Shown in pieces: positions 8,955 to 17,532 of a DNA stretch of 41,941 bases. Origin of the DNA: Woeseiaceae bacterium (GTDB lineage: Bacteria > Pseudomonadota > Gammaproteobacteria > Steroidobacterales > Woeseiaceae); NCBI GenBank assembly GCA_041574375.1, contig JBFFOS010000001.1:1-41941 (forward strand), read 5' to 3'. Numbering within the stretch: position 1 is the stretch's first letter; each line of letters begins with the position of its first letter. The notes under the pieces are model-generated. The model was not told the DNA's origin. It searched no databases and worked only from the letters and a program-made list of their open reading frames with translations. A program made the position numbers and the translations under genes.

Positions 8955-9841
8955 CCACGGCGGCCCAGGAGAAAGCCCAGGCAAACAGAGACACGATCTT
9001 CGTCGAGGACGGAGAGGTGGTCTCCATAGACGCCTTTCCGGGTGAGCAGTTCATCATGCGCATTCGCGCACCCAGGTGCGCCGCATCGGCCCAGCCCGGA
9101 AATTTCGTGCATATCACGTGTGATGAGTCGCTACCGATGCGCAGGCCACTCTCTATTATGCGCGTCGGTGACGACTGGATTGAGATTCTCTATAAGATCG
9201 TTGGCCATGGCTTGCGCCTCTTGTCGAAGAAGAAATCCGGCGACTTCGTGAGTGTGCTCGGCCCGATCGGGCAACCCTTCCGCCTGTCTCCCGATCGCCC
9301 CAACACATTATTGATAGGCGGCGGCGTCGGCATACCGCCAATGGTCTACATCGCAGACTGGCTGCGACAGGACAAGGGCAGCTGGCAAGCCTTCGCGATA
9401 CTCGGGTCCGAAATTCCGTTCCCGTTCGACTTAAAGAAATCGTCGCTCCCCGTTGATGGCGTGGCTGACGATGTGAACAGCACGATGCCGCTGCTGGAGA
9501 GCTGGGGCATCCCCGCAAGGCTTACCAGCCTGCAGGGATACGAAGGATGTCATGATGGCTACGTAACCGACCTTGCCGGCCAGTGGCTGTCGACACTTTC
9601 AAAAGACGAGCTCGGCAAAGTGGAGATTTTCGCCTGCGGCCCGACACCGATGCTCAAAGCGGTTGCAGATCTCGCCGCTCGCTACGACCTGCCCTGCCAG
9701 GTATCGCTTGAGGAATTCATGGCCTGTGCGGTCGGCGGCTGCGCCGGTTGCGCAGTGAAGATCAGCACACCGGATGGCGAAGCCATGAAACGTGTTTGTG
9801 TCGACGGACCAGTTTTCGATGCATCGACGGTCGTTTGGTAA
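8951..9841 (+). CDS. PyrK-like FAD/NAD-binding oxidoreductase with C-terminal 2Fe-2S Cys cluster (dihydroorotate dehydrogenase electron-transfer-subunit family)
   Basis: 296 aa. RRPLSIMRV (FAD site), LLIGGGVGIPPM (NAD fold), FACGPTPMLKAV and C-terminal MACAVGGCAGCAV...VCVDGPVF align with B. subtilis PyrK from memory. The listed start is TTG 8951, overlapping the pyrB stop (TTGA). GTG 9014 is an alternative start. Confidence 0.75.
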   Translation: MTTAAQEKAQANRDTIFVEDGEVVSIDAFPGEQFIMRIRAPRCAASAQPGNFVHITCDESLPMRRPLSIMRVGDDWIEILYKIVGHGLRLLSKKKSGDFVSVLGPIGQPFRLSPDRPNTLLIGGGVGIPPMVYIADWLRQDKGSWQAFAILGSEIPFPFDLKKSSLPVDGVADDVNSTMPLLESWGIPARLTSLQGYEGCHDGYVTDLAGQWLSTLSKDELGKVEIFACGPTPMLKAVADLAARYDLPCQVSLEEFMACAVGGCAGCAVKISTPDGEAMKRVCVDGPVFDASTVVW

Positions 9842-9845
9842 GCGC

Positions 9846-10904
9846 TCAGCCGCCGAAATTGACCTTGGCTTCGAGGTTGGAGCGCGAATCCGCGTGTGAC
9901 ATTGCTTCTTCGAGCGTGATCGTACCGTCTTTATAGAGCTGCAGCAGCGCATCGTCGAAGTTCTGCATGCCAGCCTCGTCCGAATCCTTGTGCGCTTCCT
10001 TCACAGCTGAGATATCGCCCTTCAGTATCAGATCCTTGATGTGCGGCGTGTTCAGCATTAGCTCGACGGCGGCTGTTCGCTTGCCGTTGCGCGAGCGCAC
10101 GAGGCGCTGCGAGAGGATTGCGCGCAGGTAATGTGCCAAGTCCATGAACACCTGGGCGTGCTGTTCCTGCGGGAACAGGTTGATAATTCGATCCAGGGTC
10201 TCGGGCGCGTTATTCGAGTGGACTGTCGCCAATACCAGGTGCCCGGTACCCGCCATGTCAAGGGCCGCACGCATGGACTCGGTATCGCGAATCTCGCCGA
10301 TCTGCACGACGTCGGGCGCTGCACGCACGGCACTCTTAAGAGCGCGAGCATACGACTTCGTGTCCAGCCCGACTTCGCGCTGGTTGATTATCGACTGCTT
10401 GTTCGGGTGCAGAAACTCGATTGGGTCCTCAATCGTGATGATGTGGGAGGATGTCTTCTCGTTGCGATGGTTGACCATTGCCGCCAGCGTTGTCGACTTA
10501 CCGGCACCTGTCGCGCCGACCATGAGAATCAACCCGCGCCGCAACATGACCAGTTCCTTGAGCTGGGCCGGCATCCCCAACTCGTCCAGCGTCGGAAGCT
10601 CCGCCGTGATGTATCGCAACACCATCGCGACATTGCCTCGCTGATGGAAGACGTTCACACGGAATCGTCCGAGGCCTTCTTCCGACAGGGCGAAGTCGAT
10701 CTCGAGTTCGCGACTGAGAACATCCATTTGCTCTTCGGTCATGAGTTCGAACGCCGCCTGCCTGACCATCTTGGGCGTCATCTCGAGCTTGTTGACCGGC
10801 ATTATCTTGCCTTCGATTTTGATCTTCGCCGGCGCAAACGGAGCGAAGAAAAGATCCGATGCCTTCTTCTCTACCATCAACTTGAAAAGTGGTTTGACGT
10901 TCAT
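9846..10904 (-). CDS. PilT/PilU-family type IV pilus retraction ATPase, second divergent PilU-like paralog
   Basis: 352 aa. Walker A GATGAGKSTT, IITIEDPIEF, DVVQIGEIRD, His box TGHLVLATVHS. The N-terminus LFKLMVEKKASDLFF is PilU-like. It has NTPHIKDLILKGD in place of the PilT AIRNLIRE motif. Confidence 0.85.
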   Translation of the reverse strand: MNVKPLFKLMVEKKASDLFFAPFAPAKIKIEGKIMPVNKLEMTPKMVRQAAFELMTEEQMDVLSRELEIDFALSEEGLGRFRVNVFHQRGNVAMVLRYITAELPTLDELGMPAQLKELVMLRRGLILMVGATGAGKSTTLAAMVNHRNEKTSSHIITIEDPIEFLHPNKQSIINQREVGLDTKSYARALKSAVRAAPDVVQIGEIRDTESMRAALDMAGTGHLVLATVHSNNAPETLDRIINLFPQEQHAQVFMDLAHYLRAILSQRLVRSRNGKRTAAVELMLNTPHIKDLILKGDISAVKEAHKDSDEAGMQNFDDALLQLYKDGTITLEEAMSHADSRSNLEAKVNFGG

Positions 10905-10924
10905 CTATCAGGCATCCCTCGCAC

Positions 10925-12082
10925 TCAGAAAGTCTGAGCCGTGTCCTCTTCTATGATGCGCAAGCTCTCGGACTGCTGATCGGCATTCGAACAGTCACGT
11001 TTGCTCTCGAGTTTGATGCGCAAACGCAACTCGTTCTTCGAATCTGCATTCCGCATGGCTTCCTCGTAAGTAATCGCGCCTTCTTCATACAGGGCGAACA
11101 GCGCCTGGTCGAAGGTCTGCATGCCAAGGCGCGTCGATTTGGCCATGATCTCCTTGATCTGCCCAACCTCTCCCTTGAAGATGAGATCAGCAACAAGCGG
11201 CGTATTCAGCATGATTTCCATCGCCGCGACACGCCCAATGCCACCTTCTCGTGGAATCAGCCTTTGCGAGACAAATGCCTTGGTGTTCAGGGACAGATCC
11301 ATCAGCAATTGCTGGCGCCGCTCTTCGGGGAAGAAGTTGATAATGCGATCCAGCGCCTGGTTGGCACTGTTGGCGTGCAGCGTGGCGAGGCAGAGGTGGC
11401 CTGTCTCCGCAAACTGAATGCCGTATTCCATCGTTTCCCTGTCGCGAACCTCACCGATGAGGATGACATCGGGCGCCTGCCGCAGCGTGTTCTTCAGTGC
11501 CGCATGCCAGGACTCCGTGTCCACGCCGACTTCGCGCTGTGTGATGACGCAACCCTTATGCGGATGCACGTACTCGACCGGGTCCTCGATTGAAACGATA
11601 TGTCCACGCGAGTTTTCATTTCGGTGACCAATCATGGCCGCAAGCGTGGTCGACTTGCCTGAACCCGTTCCGCCAACGACGATACACAGGCCGCGCTTGT
11701 TCATGACCACGTCTTTCAGGATCGGCGGAAGCTCCAGATCCTCGAGTGTCGGAATCTCGGTCGTGATCGTACGTAGCACAGCACCAACCATGCCCTGCTG
11801 AATGAACGCACTCACACGGAAACGGCCAATGCCCAGCGGCGCAATCGCGAAGTTGCATTCCTTCGTCGCGTCGAATTCCTTGATCTGCTTGTCGTTCATG
11901 ATCGAGCGCACCATCATTGCCGCCTGCTCAGGCGATAACGGTGTGTCGGTCGCTTTGTGGATCGTCCCATCAACCTTGATCGCAGGTGGAAACCCGGACG
12001 TCAGGAACAGATCCGATCCATCGCGTTCAACCATCTTGCGAAGCAGATTTTGTGTCAATCGTACCGCTTGTTCGCGTTCCAT
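10925..12082 (-). CDS. pilU: Type IV pilus ATPase PilU
   Basis: 385 aa. GGTGSGKSTT, IVSIEDPVEY, DVILIGEVRD, TGHLCLATLHAN, ECNFAI..GIGRFRVSAF and MQTFDQALFALYEEGAITYEEA...LRLRIKL track P. aeruginosa PilU. It has the PilU-type C-terminal extension. Confidence 0.9.
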   Translation of the reverse strand: MEREQAVRLTQNLLRKMVERDGSDLFLTSGFPPAIKVDGTIHKATDTPLSPEQAAMMVRSIMNDKQIKEFDATKECNFAIAPLGIGRFRVSAFIQQGMVGAVLRTITTEIPTLEDLELPPILKDVVMNKRGLCIVVGGTGSGKSTTLAAMIGHRNENSRGHIVSIEDPVEYVHPHKGCVITQREVGVDTESWHAALKNTLRQAPDVILIGEVRDRETMEYGIQFAETGHLCLATLHANSANQALDRIINFFPEERRQQLLMDLSLNTKAFVSQRLIPREGGIGRVAAMEIMLNTPLVADLIFKGEVGQIKEIMAKSTRLGMQTFDQALFALYEEGAITYEEAMRNADSKNELRLRIKLESKRDCSNADQQSESLRIIEEDTAQTF

Positions 12083-12121
12083 TTTTTCCAGTCTCCCATC
12101 AGGCTGCGTCTACGCAACCTT

Positions 12122-13162
12122 TTAGAAATTTTCCTTGTTGACGGCCCTGAAGCGCGCCTCTTCCTTGTTAATCAGACCCTTCGTCATGAGCTCGGCGAGA
12201 TTCTGATCGAGCGTGTGCATGCCGGAGCCCTGCCCGGTCTGAATCGCCGAGTACATCTGCGCGATCTTGCCTTCACGAATCAGGTTTCTAATGGCCGGCG
12301 TACCAATCATGATTTCGTGGGCCGCAACACGTCCGCCACCGATCTTCTTCAGCAGCGTTTGCGAGATGACCGCGCGCAACGACTCGGACAACATGGCGCG
12401 TACCATTTCTTTCTCAGCGGCCGGGAAAACATCGACAATACGGTCGATCGTCTTGGCGGCTGAACTCGTATGCAAAGTACCGAAAACAAGGTGGCCTGTT
12501 TCAGCTGCGGTCAATGCCAGGCGAATGGTCTCGAGGTCACGCATCTCGCCGACGAGAATAACGTCGGGGTCTTCGCGCAGTGCGGAGCGCAGGGCTTCGT
12601 TAAAGCCGAGCGTGTCGCGATGCACTTCGCGTTGATTGACCAGGGACTTCTTGGACTCGTGCACGAACTCGATTGGATCCTCGATGGTGAGGATATGGTC
12701 CGGTTTGTTCTCGTTGACGTAGTCGACCATCGCTGCAAGCGTTGTCGACTTACCGGAACCCGTTGGACCCGTAACCAGCACGATGCCTCGTGGATGCATC
12801 GAGATGTCCTTGAAAATGGGCGGCGCACCCAGATCATCAAGTGTCAGAATCTCCGAGGGAATCGTTCGAAATACTGCTGCAGAGCCGCGATTCTGGTTGA
12901 ATGCGTTGACGCGGAAGCGGGCGAGCTTGGGAATCTCGAAGGAAAAGTCGGTCTCGAGAAACTCTTCGTAGTCCTTGCGTTGCTTGTCATTCATGATGTC
13001 GTACACCATGCTATTGACGTCTTTGTGGGTCAGCGCCGGCATATTGACGCGCTTGATATCGCCGTCAACGCGAATCATGGGAGGCACGCCACCGGACAAG
13101 TGCAGGTCAGAAGCGTTGTTCTTTACCGTGAACGACAACAACTGGGCAACGTCGACGGCCAT
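12122..13162 (-). CDS. pilT: Type IV pilus retraction ATPase PilT
   Basis: 346 aa. ASDLHLSGGVPPMIRVDGD...IMNDKQRKDYEEFLETDFSFE..ARFRVNAFNQNRG..AVFRTIP, GPTGSGKSTT, and GTPAIRNLIREGK (the PilT-specific motif). Confidence 0.95.
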   Translation of the reverse strand: MAVDVAQLLSFTVKNNASDLHLSGGVPPMIRVDGDIKRVNMPALTHKDVNSMVYDIMNDKQRKDYEEFLETDFSFEIPKLARFRVNAFNQNRGSAAVFRTIPSEILTLDDLGAPPIFKDISMHPRGIVLVTGPTGSGKSTTLAAMVDYVNENKPDHILTIEDPIEFVHESKKSLVNQREVHRDTLGFNEALRSALREDPDVILVGEMRDLETIRLALTAAETGHLVFGTLHTSSAAKTIDRIVDVFPAAEKEMVRAMLSESLRAVISQTLLKKIGGGRVAAHEIMIGTPAIRNLIREGKIAQMYSAIQTGQGSGMHTLDQNLAELMTKGLINKEEARFRAVNKENF

Positions 13163-13245
13163 ATTTATTCCTCATTTTTGGCGTCCGGACTTACCATAAC
13201 CCGGACAGAATTGAGCCTAGTATAGCGAAGCAACCGGACTAAAAC

Positions 13246-13926
13246 GTGATTGGAGTCACGGAAAACTTGCGCAAAATCCGCGATTTGCTGCACTTTGCGG
13301 CAATCGAAGCCAACCGCGACCCGGCAGAGGTACGACTGCTCGCTGTGAGCAAGAAGCAGTCCCTCGAAAAGATCCGCGAAGCGTATGCTGCCGGGCAGCG
13401 CGATTTCGGCGAAAACTTCGTCCAGGAGGGGGTCGAGAAGATCGAGGCCATGGCCAAGGATGACCTTACCTGGCACTTCATCGGCCACCTGCAGAGTAAT
13501 AAAACACGCGTGGTCGCCGAATACTTTGACTGGGTGCACACAATCGACAAGTTTAAGACGGCACGCCGTTTGTCCGACCAGAGACCGGATGACTTGCCAC
13601 CGCTTAACCTATGCCTGCAGGTCAACGTCGACGACGAGGAATCCAAGTCCGGCGTGACGCCCGAGGCCCTGCCCGAACTCGCCGCGGCTTGTAGAGACCT
13701 CCCCAATATCAGGTTACGAGGGCTCATGTGCCTGCCCGCTATTCGTGAAAACCTGGACGAACAACGCATTCCATTCGCTGTCTTACGCAAGCTTGCCGAG
13801 AAATTGCGGACAGGTGGAGTCGATACGGATACGCTGTCCATGGGCATGACGGCGGACTTCCGGGCTGCAATTCTCGAAGGTGCGACGATTGTGCGCATCG
13901 GCACCGCGCTGTTCGGAGAACGATAG
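13246..13926 (+). CDS. yggS: YggS-family pyridoxal-phosphate homeostasis protein
   Basis: 226 aa with a GTG start. LLAVSKKQ (PLP Lys), FGENFVQEG, WHFIGHLQSNK and LSMGMTADF are family signatures. It is divergent from pilT, as in Pseudomonas. Confidence 0.9.
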   Translation: MIGVTENLRKIRDLLHFAAIEANRDPAEVRLLAVSKKQSLEKIREAYAAGQRDFGENFVQEGVEKIEAMAKDDLTWHFIGHLQSNKTRVVAEYFDWVHTIDKFKTARRLSDQRPDDLPPLNLCLQVNVDDEESKSGVTPEALPELAAACRDLPNIRLRGLMCLPAIRENLDEQRIPFAVLRKLAEKLRTGGVDTDTLSMGMTADFRAAILEGATIVRIGTALFGER

Positions 13927-14766
13927 ATGGACTATGGAAAAGTAGCGTATGTAGGCGGCGGCAACATGACGCGGGCGCTGGCCGGCGGCATGCTCTCGGC
14001 AGGCTATGAGCCGAGTCACATCCTGATCTCGGAACCACTTGCCGAGCATCGCGACACTCTGGGTGAGGAATTGCCCGGCGTCGTGATATTTGAGCAAAAC
14101 GAAGACGCTGTGCGTGACGCCGAATGCATCGTGCTTGCCGTAAAGCCACAGATTCTCTGTGATGTATGCAAGCCACTGGCCTCGATCGTGCAAACGAGCA
14201 GGCCGCTGATCATTTCGATTGCGGCCGGCGTTCGCGCCGGCGATATCGAACACTGGTTTGGCGGCCAGCTTCCCGTGGTACGCGTCATGCCAAATCAGCC
14301 AGCTCTGCTGCGACTCGGCATTTCAGGGCTATTCGCCAACGAACACACCTCGGAACGACAGCTGCGCGCCGCGACGAACATCATCTCCACGACCGGGCCG
14401 GTCATCAAGGTAGGCTCCGAAGAAGACATTGATACGGTGACTGCTGTCTCCGGCACGGGCCCGGCTTACTTCTACCTGCTAACTGACATGCTCGTAAAAG
14501 TCGCTGTCGATCTGGGCCTCGGCTACGACGATGCACTTACGCTGGTGCTTGAGACTGCCCGCGGCGCAGGAGAAATGGCCGAGCAGTCCGGCGAAACCAT
14601 GGACTCGCTGATTGCGCGAGTGCGCTCGCCCGGCGGTACCACCGCGGCAGCTTTCGACTTCCTCGACGGAACCGACTTCCGTGATATCTTCAGCAAAGCC
14701 GTCGTCGCTGCTCGCGACCGGGCCATCCATCTTGCCGATCAGGCTCATGAAGCCGGCCAGGACTGA
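13927..14766 (+). CDS. proC: Pyrroline-5-carboxylate reductase
   Basis: 279 aa. VAYVGGGNMTRALAGG (Rossmann fold), VRVMPNQPALL, and SPGGTTAAA near the C-terminus. The ATG directly follows the yggS stop. Confidence 0.93.
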   Translation: MDYGKVAYVGGGNMTRALAGGMLSAGYEPSHILISEPLAEHRDTLGEELPGVVIFEQNEDAVRDAECIVLAVKPQILCDVCKPLASIVQTSRPLIISIAAGVRAGDIEHWFGGQLPVVRVMPNQPALLRLGISGLFANEHTSERQLRAATNIISTTGPVIKVGSEEDIDTVTAVSGTGPAYFYLLTDMLVKVAVDLGLGYDDALTLVLETARGAGEMAEQSGETMDSLIARVRSPGGTTAAAFDFLDGTDFRDIFSKAVVAARDRAIHLADQAHEAGQD

Positions 14767-14769
14767 CTC

Positions 14770-15330
14770 ATGCCTTCAAACATCGTTTCCGCCATCGTAT
14801 TCATCGTCAACTCGCTGGCACAGTTGTACCTGTTCGTCCTCTTGTTGCGATTGTGGTTGCCATGGCTTGGCGCAGATTTTCGCAATCCCATCGCACAGGC
14901 AATATTGAAACTGACGTCACCCGTCGTCATACCGGTGCGGCGTATCGTGCCACCCGTCGGTCGACTCGATACAGCCACGGTACTGGTCGCATTCATTATC
15001 CAGTACATCGTGATTCTACTGATCCTCATGATCCTGGGGCAGACCGCCAGTTTCGGCCAGATTGCGATTACGTCGCTTGTGAATCTCGTGCTGCTATCGC
15101 TCAAGCTGTTCGTCTTCGCGATTATTATTCGCGTAATCCTGAGCTGGTTTGCGCCCGCCGGTTACAACCCCGGTATGGCGCTGATACAAATGATGACGGA
15201 CCGCATCCTGGCCCCTTTTCGCCGCATCATCCCGCCGATGGGGGGTCTCGATATCTCACCGATTTTTGCGATCATCCTGATTATGGCGCTGACCATCATT
15301 GTTGCCGGGCTCAAGCCACTACCGATCTGA
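14770..15330 (+). CDS. yggT: YggT-family integral membrane protein
   Basis: 186 aa, multi-TM, with two YggT-type repeats (LLLRLWLPWLGADFRNP...; IIRVILSWFAP...LAPFRRIIPPMGGLDISP). It starts 3 nt after proC. Confidence 0.85.
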   Translation: MPSNIVSAIVFIVNSLAQLYLFVLLLRLWLPWLGADFRNPIAQAILKLTSPVVIPVRRIVPPVGRLDTATVLVAFIIQYIVILLILMILGQTASFGQIAITSLVNLVLLSLKLFVFAIIIRVILSWFAPAGYNPGMALIQMMTDRILAPFRRIIPPMGGLDISPIFAIILIMALTIIVAGLKPLPI

Positions 15331-15423
15331 AAGGCAGTCCGCTACCAAGTATGCGAAATCCGTCCGTCGAATCAGGGGTTCTTGACGAATTTCGCTCTTT
15401 TCGCCTGTTCCAAGGACCGTAAC

Positions 15424-16413
15424 ATGGCAAGTCCCGTATTCCCCCGAATCATCATTCTGCTTCTGCTGGCCTCCTCGGCAGCAGTCACGCCGTGGTTCAC
15501 GCCGACGGCTCTCGCTGTCGAGGCAGAGCCCGGCCAGGGCCTGGTGATCTTTCACCGTCGCGATACCATCAAAGGCAAAGCAGTCCGTTTCAACATGGCG
15601 CAGGACGGCGTGCCGATCGGACAATTGCTGGCCGGCACTACTATTGAGCGGCCGCTGGCACCCGGAAACTACGTGTTCTCGGCGAGTGCGCCATCATTGG
15701 ATGGTCAGGATCATATTTCCATCACTGTAGAGGCAGGACGGACCTACAACGTCGAAGGCGAAATTCTGTGGGGCTGGCCAGTCGGCAGACCAAAATTCCG
15801 AATGGTTTCCGAGACCGCGAGTGCCCCGATCCCGGGGAGTTCGACTGTTCCTTCCCCTGCCCCGACCGGCGCCCTGGCCGGGGCGGCGTTGGGCTCGGCT
15901 GTTGCTCCGGGCCCGTCACGACCGGGGGCCGTAGAGATGGGCAGAGTCGGGCTGAGAAACTTCGTCGGCGACTGGCAGCTCGAAATGTGGTCGCTCGCAG
16001 AGGATGGCAGCAAGCTGGAAGGGAGCGGTTCCGCAACGGGGTCGGCGGAAGGAGACGACGGAACCCGAATCATGATAACGGAGTTCGAGTCAGCCGCATT
16101 TCCGACAGCATCAGGCGGTGGACAGATCCTCCTTTCGTATGAGGCGGGCAAAGGCTTCCTGCTGGTCAGTAATTTCCGCCACTCCGATGAAGTACTGAGG
16201 TTCTCGGGACAGTACCAGGCAGACACCGGTAACTACGTTTTCTACATGTTCGGCGGCACCGGCTCCACCTTCGTAACGGGCGTGCCACGAGCGTCCGCGA
16301 GGGTCGAGATCCGCTCGCTGAATGCATCCGCATGGGTCGCGGAGACATACTCTTCCGTCGATGGTCGCATGACCCAGGTGCAGTCCTATCGCTTCACCCG
16401 AGTCAGTCCCTGA
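15424..16413 (+). CDS. Exported two-domain protein of unknown function (N-terminal DUF2846-like domain, P/A/S linker, C-terminal beta-rich domain)
   Basis: The ORF track starts at TTG 15382. I prefer ATG 15424, which gives a signal peptide (MASPVFPRIIILLLLASSAAV...ALA|VEA). The N-domain GLVIFHRRD...VRFNMAQDGVPIGQLLAGTTIERPLAPGNYVF resembles DUF2846 from memory. The C-domain is unrecognised. Confidence 0.6.
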   Translation: MASPVFPRIIILLLLASSAAVTPWFTPTALAVEAEPGQGLVIFHRRDTIKGKAVRFNMAQDGVPIGQLLAGTTIERPLAPGNYVFSASAPSLDGQDHISITVEAGRTYNVEGEILWGWPVGRPKFRMVSETASAPIPGSSTVPSPAPTGALAGAALGSAVAPGPSRPGAVEMGRVGLRNFVGDWQLEMWSLAEDGSKLEGSGSATGSAEGDDGTRIMITEFESAAFPTASGGGQILLSYEAGKGFLLVSNFRHSDEVLRFSGQYQADTGNYVFYMFGGTGSTFVTGVPRASARVEIRSLNASAWVAETYSSVDGRMTQVQSYRFTRVSP

Positions 16414-16512
16414 CCGTTCATCTTCTGCGACATGCGTCCGATCACAGAAACGTTTCCTCGTCAAAAACGGCATCTATGGTTTATAGTCAATGAAAGATGA
16501 GGGCAAGGTTTC

Positions 16513-16998
16513 ATGACAATTTTTAAAACTATGGTCTCTTTTTCGCTGCTGGCACTGCTTGTTGCCTGCGGCGGTGCCGGTGATTCCGCGAGCGTTCCGG
16601 AAGCGCAACCGGCGGGCGCTACCTCGGCTGATATCGGCGACTACGTTGTATATTTCAACGCGCAATCAACTGACCAGTTGTCGCCCGACGTCGCACGTGC
16701 ATACAACATTGTACGTAGTAAGAATCGCGCAATGCTCAACGTCTCGATCATCAGGAAATCGGACAAAGCGCCCGTTGCCGGAGTTGTTACGGTCAAAGCC
16801 ACCAACCTGACAGGGCAACTCAAGAATGTGACGATGCGCAAGATCGAAGAGCCTGGTGAAACTTCGGCAATCTATTATGTCGGTGAGACAGCCATTGCCA
16901 ATCTCGAAACGCTGGTCTTCGATATCGCCGTAAAGCCTGAGGACAGAGACAATCTTTCTGAGGTTCGATTCACGCGACAATTCTATGTCGACCCCTAG
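16513..16998 (+). CDS. DUF4426-like lipoprotein
   Basis: 161 aa with lipobox LLVAC|GG. YVVYFNAQSTDQLSPDVARAYNIVRSKNRAMLNVSI...AIYYVGE...FDIAVKP resembles Pseudomonas DUF4426 proteins as I recall them. GAGG lies 10 nt upstream of the ATG. Confidence 0.7.
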   Translation: MTIFKTMVSFSLLALLVACGGAGDSASVPEAQPAGATSADIGDYVVYFNAQSTDQLSPDVARAYNIVRSKNRAMLNVSIIRKSDKAPVAGVVTVKATNLTGQLKNVTMRKIEEPGETSAIYYVGETAIANLETLVFDIAVKPEDRDNLSEVRFTRQFYVDP

Positions 16999-17189
16999 TC
17001 AGTAAATGACCATTTGAACAAAACGATACGGGTCCTTTTGTGCCCGATCTTTCACGCAACACAATTCCGCAAAAATACCTACAAAAAAAGGTCTTTTTGC
17101 AGTTACACAGCATCCGAAAAAGTGTTATCGTCGCTCCGCTTTCATAGCGGGCTAAGCCCGTTTCGTTATTTTCTAGGAGTCAGTTTTTC

Positions 17190-17510
17190 ATGGCAGCGAA
17201 CACTAAAAAGCCACCGACCAAATCCGAGATCTACGCAAAGATCGTTGACGACACAGGTCTCACGCGCAAAGACGTAGCGGCAGTATTCGAATCACTCAAC
17301 GGCCAGATCAAGAAGAATCTCGGTGGCCGTGGCGCACCGGGCATGTTTACCGTTCCCGGACTGTTGAAAATGCGCGTCGTCAAGAAGCCGGCTCGCAAAG
17401 CTCGCAAGGGTGTAAACCCGTTCACGGGCGAAGAGATGATGTTCAAAGCAAAACCGGCGACGAAGGTTGTCAAGGTTTCGGCTCTGAAGGGTCTCAAAGA
17501 CATGGTGTAA
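17190..17510 (+). CDS. HU/IHF-family DNA-binding protein (divergent, Lys/Arg-rich arm)
   Basis: 106 aa. KSEIYAKIVDDTGLTRKDVAAVFESL...GLLKMRVVKKPARKARKGVNPFTGEEMMFKAKP...ALKGLKDMV follows the HU fold pattern (helix-turn-helix, then a beta arm with the NPxTGE motif). It has an SD-like AGGAG upstream and its own terminator. Confidence 0.85.
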   Translation: MAANTKKPPTKSEIYAKIVDDTGLTRKDVAAVFESLNGQIKKNLGGRGAPGMFTVPGLLKMRVVKKPARKARKGVNPFTGEEMMFKAKPATKVVKVSALKGLKDMV

Positions 17511-17532
17511 TCGGAAATCCGATGAAGCAAAG

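Noticed and set aside
10131-13225. Plus-strand ORFs 10131-10937, 11264-11593, 11957-12463 and 12470-13225
   Set aside because: They are antisense shadows of the three PilT-family genes and have no motifs.
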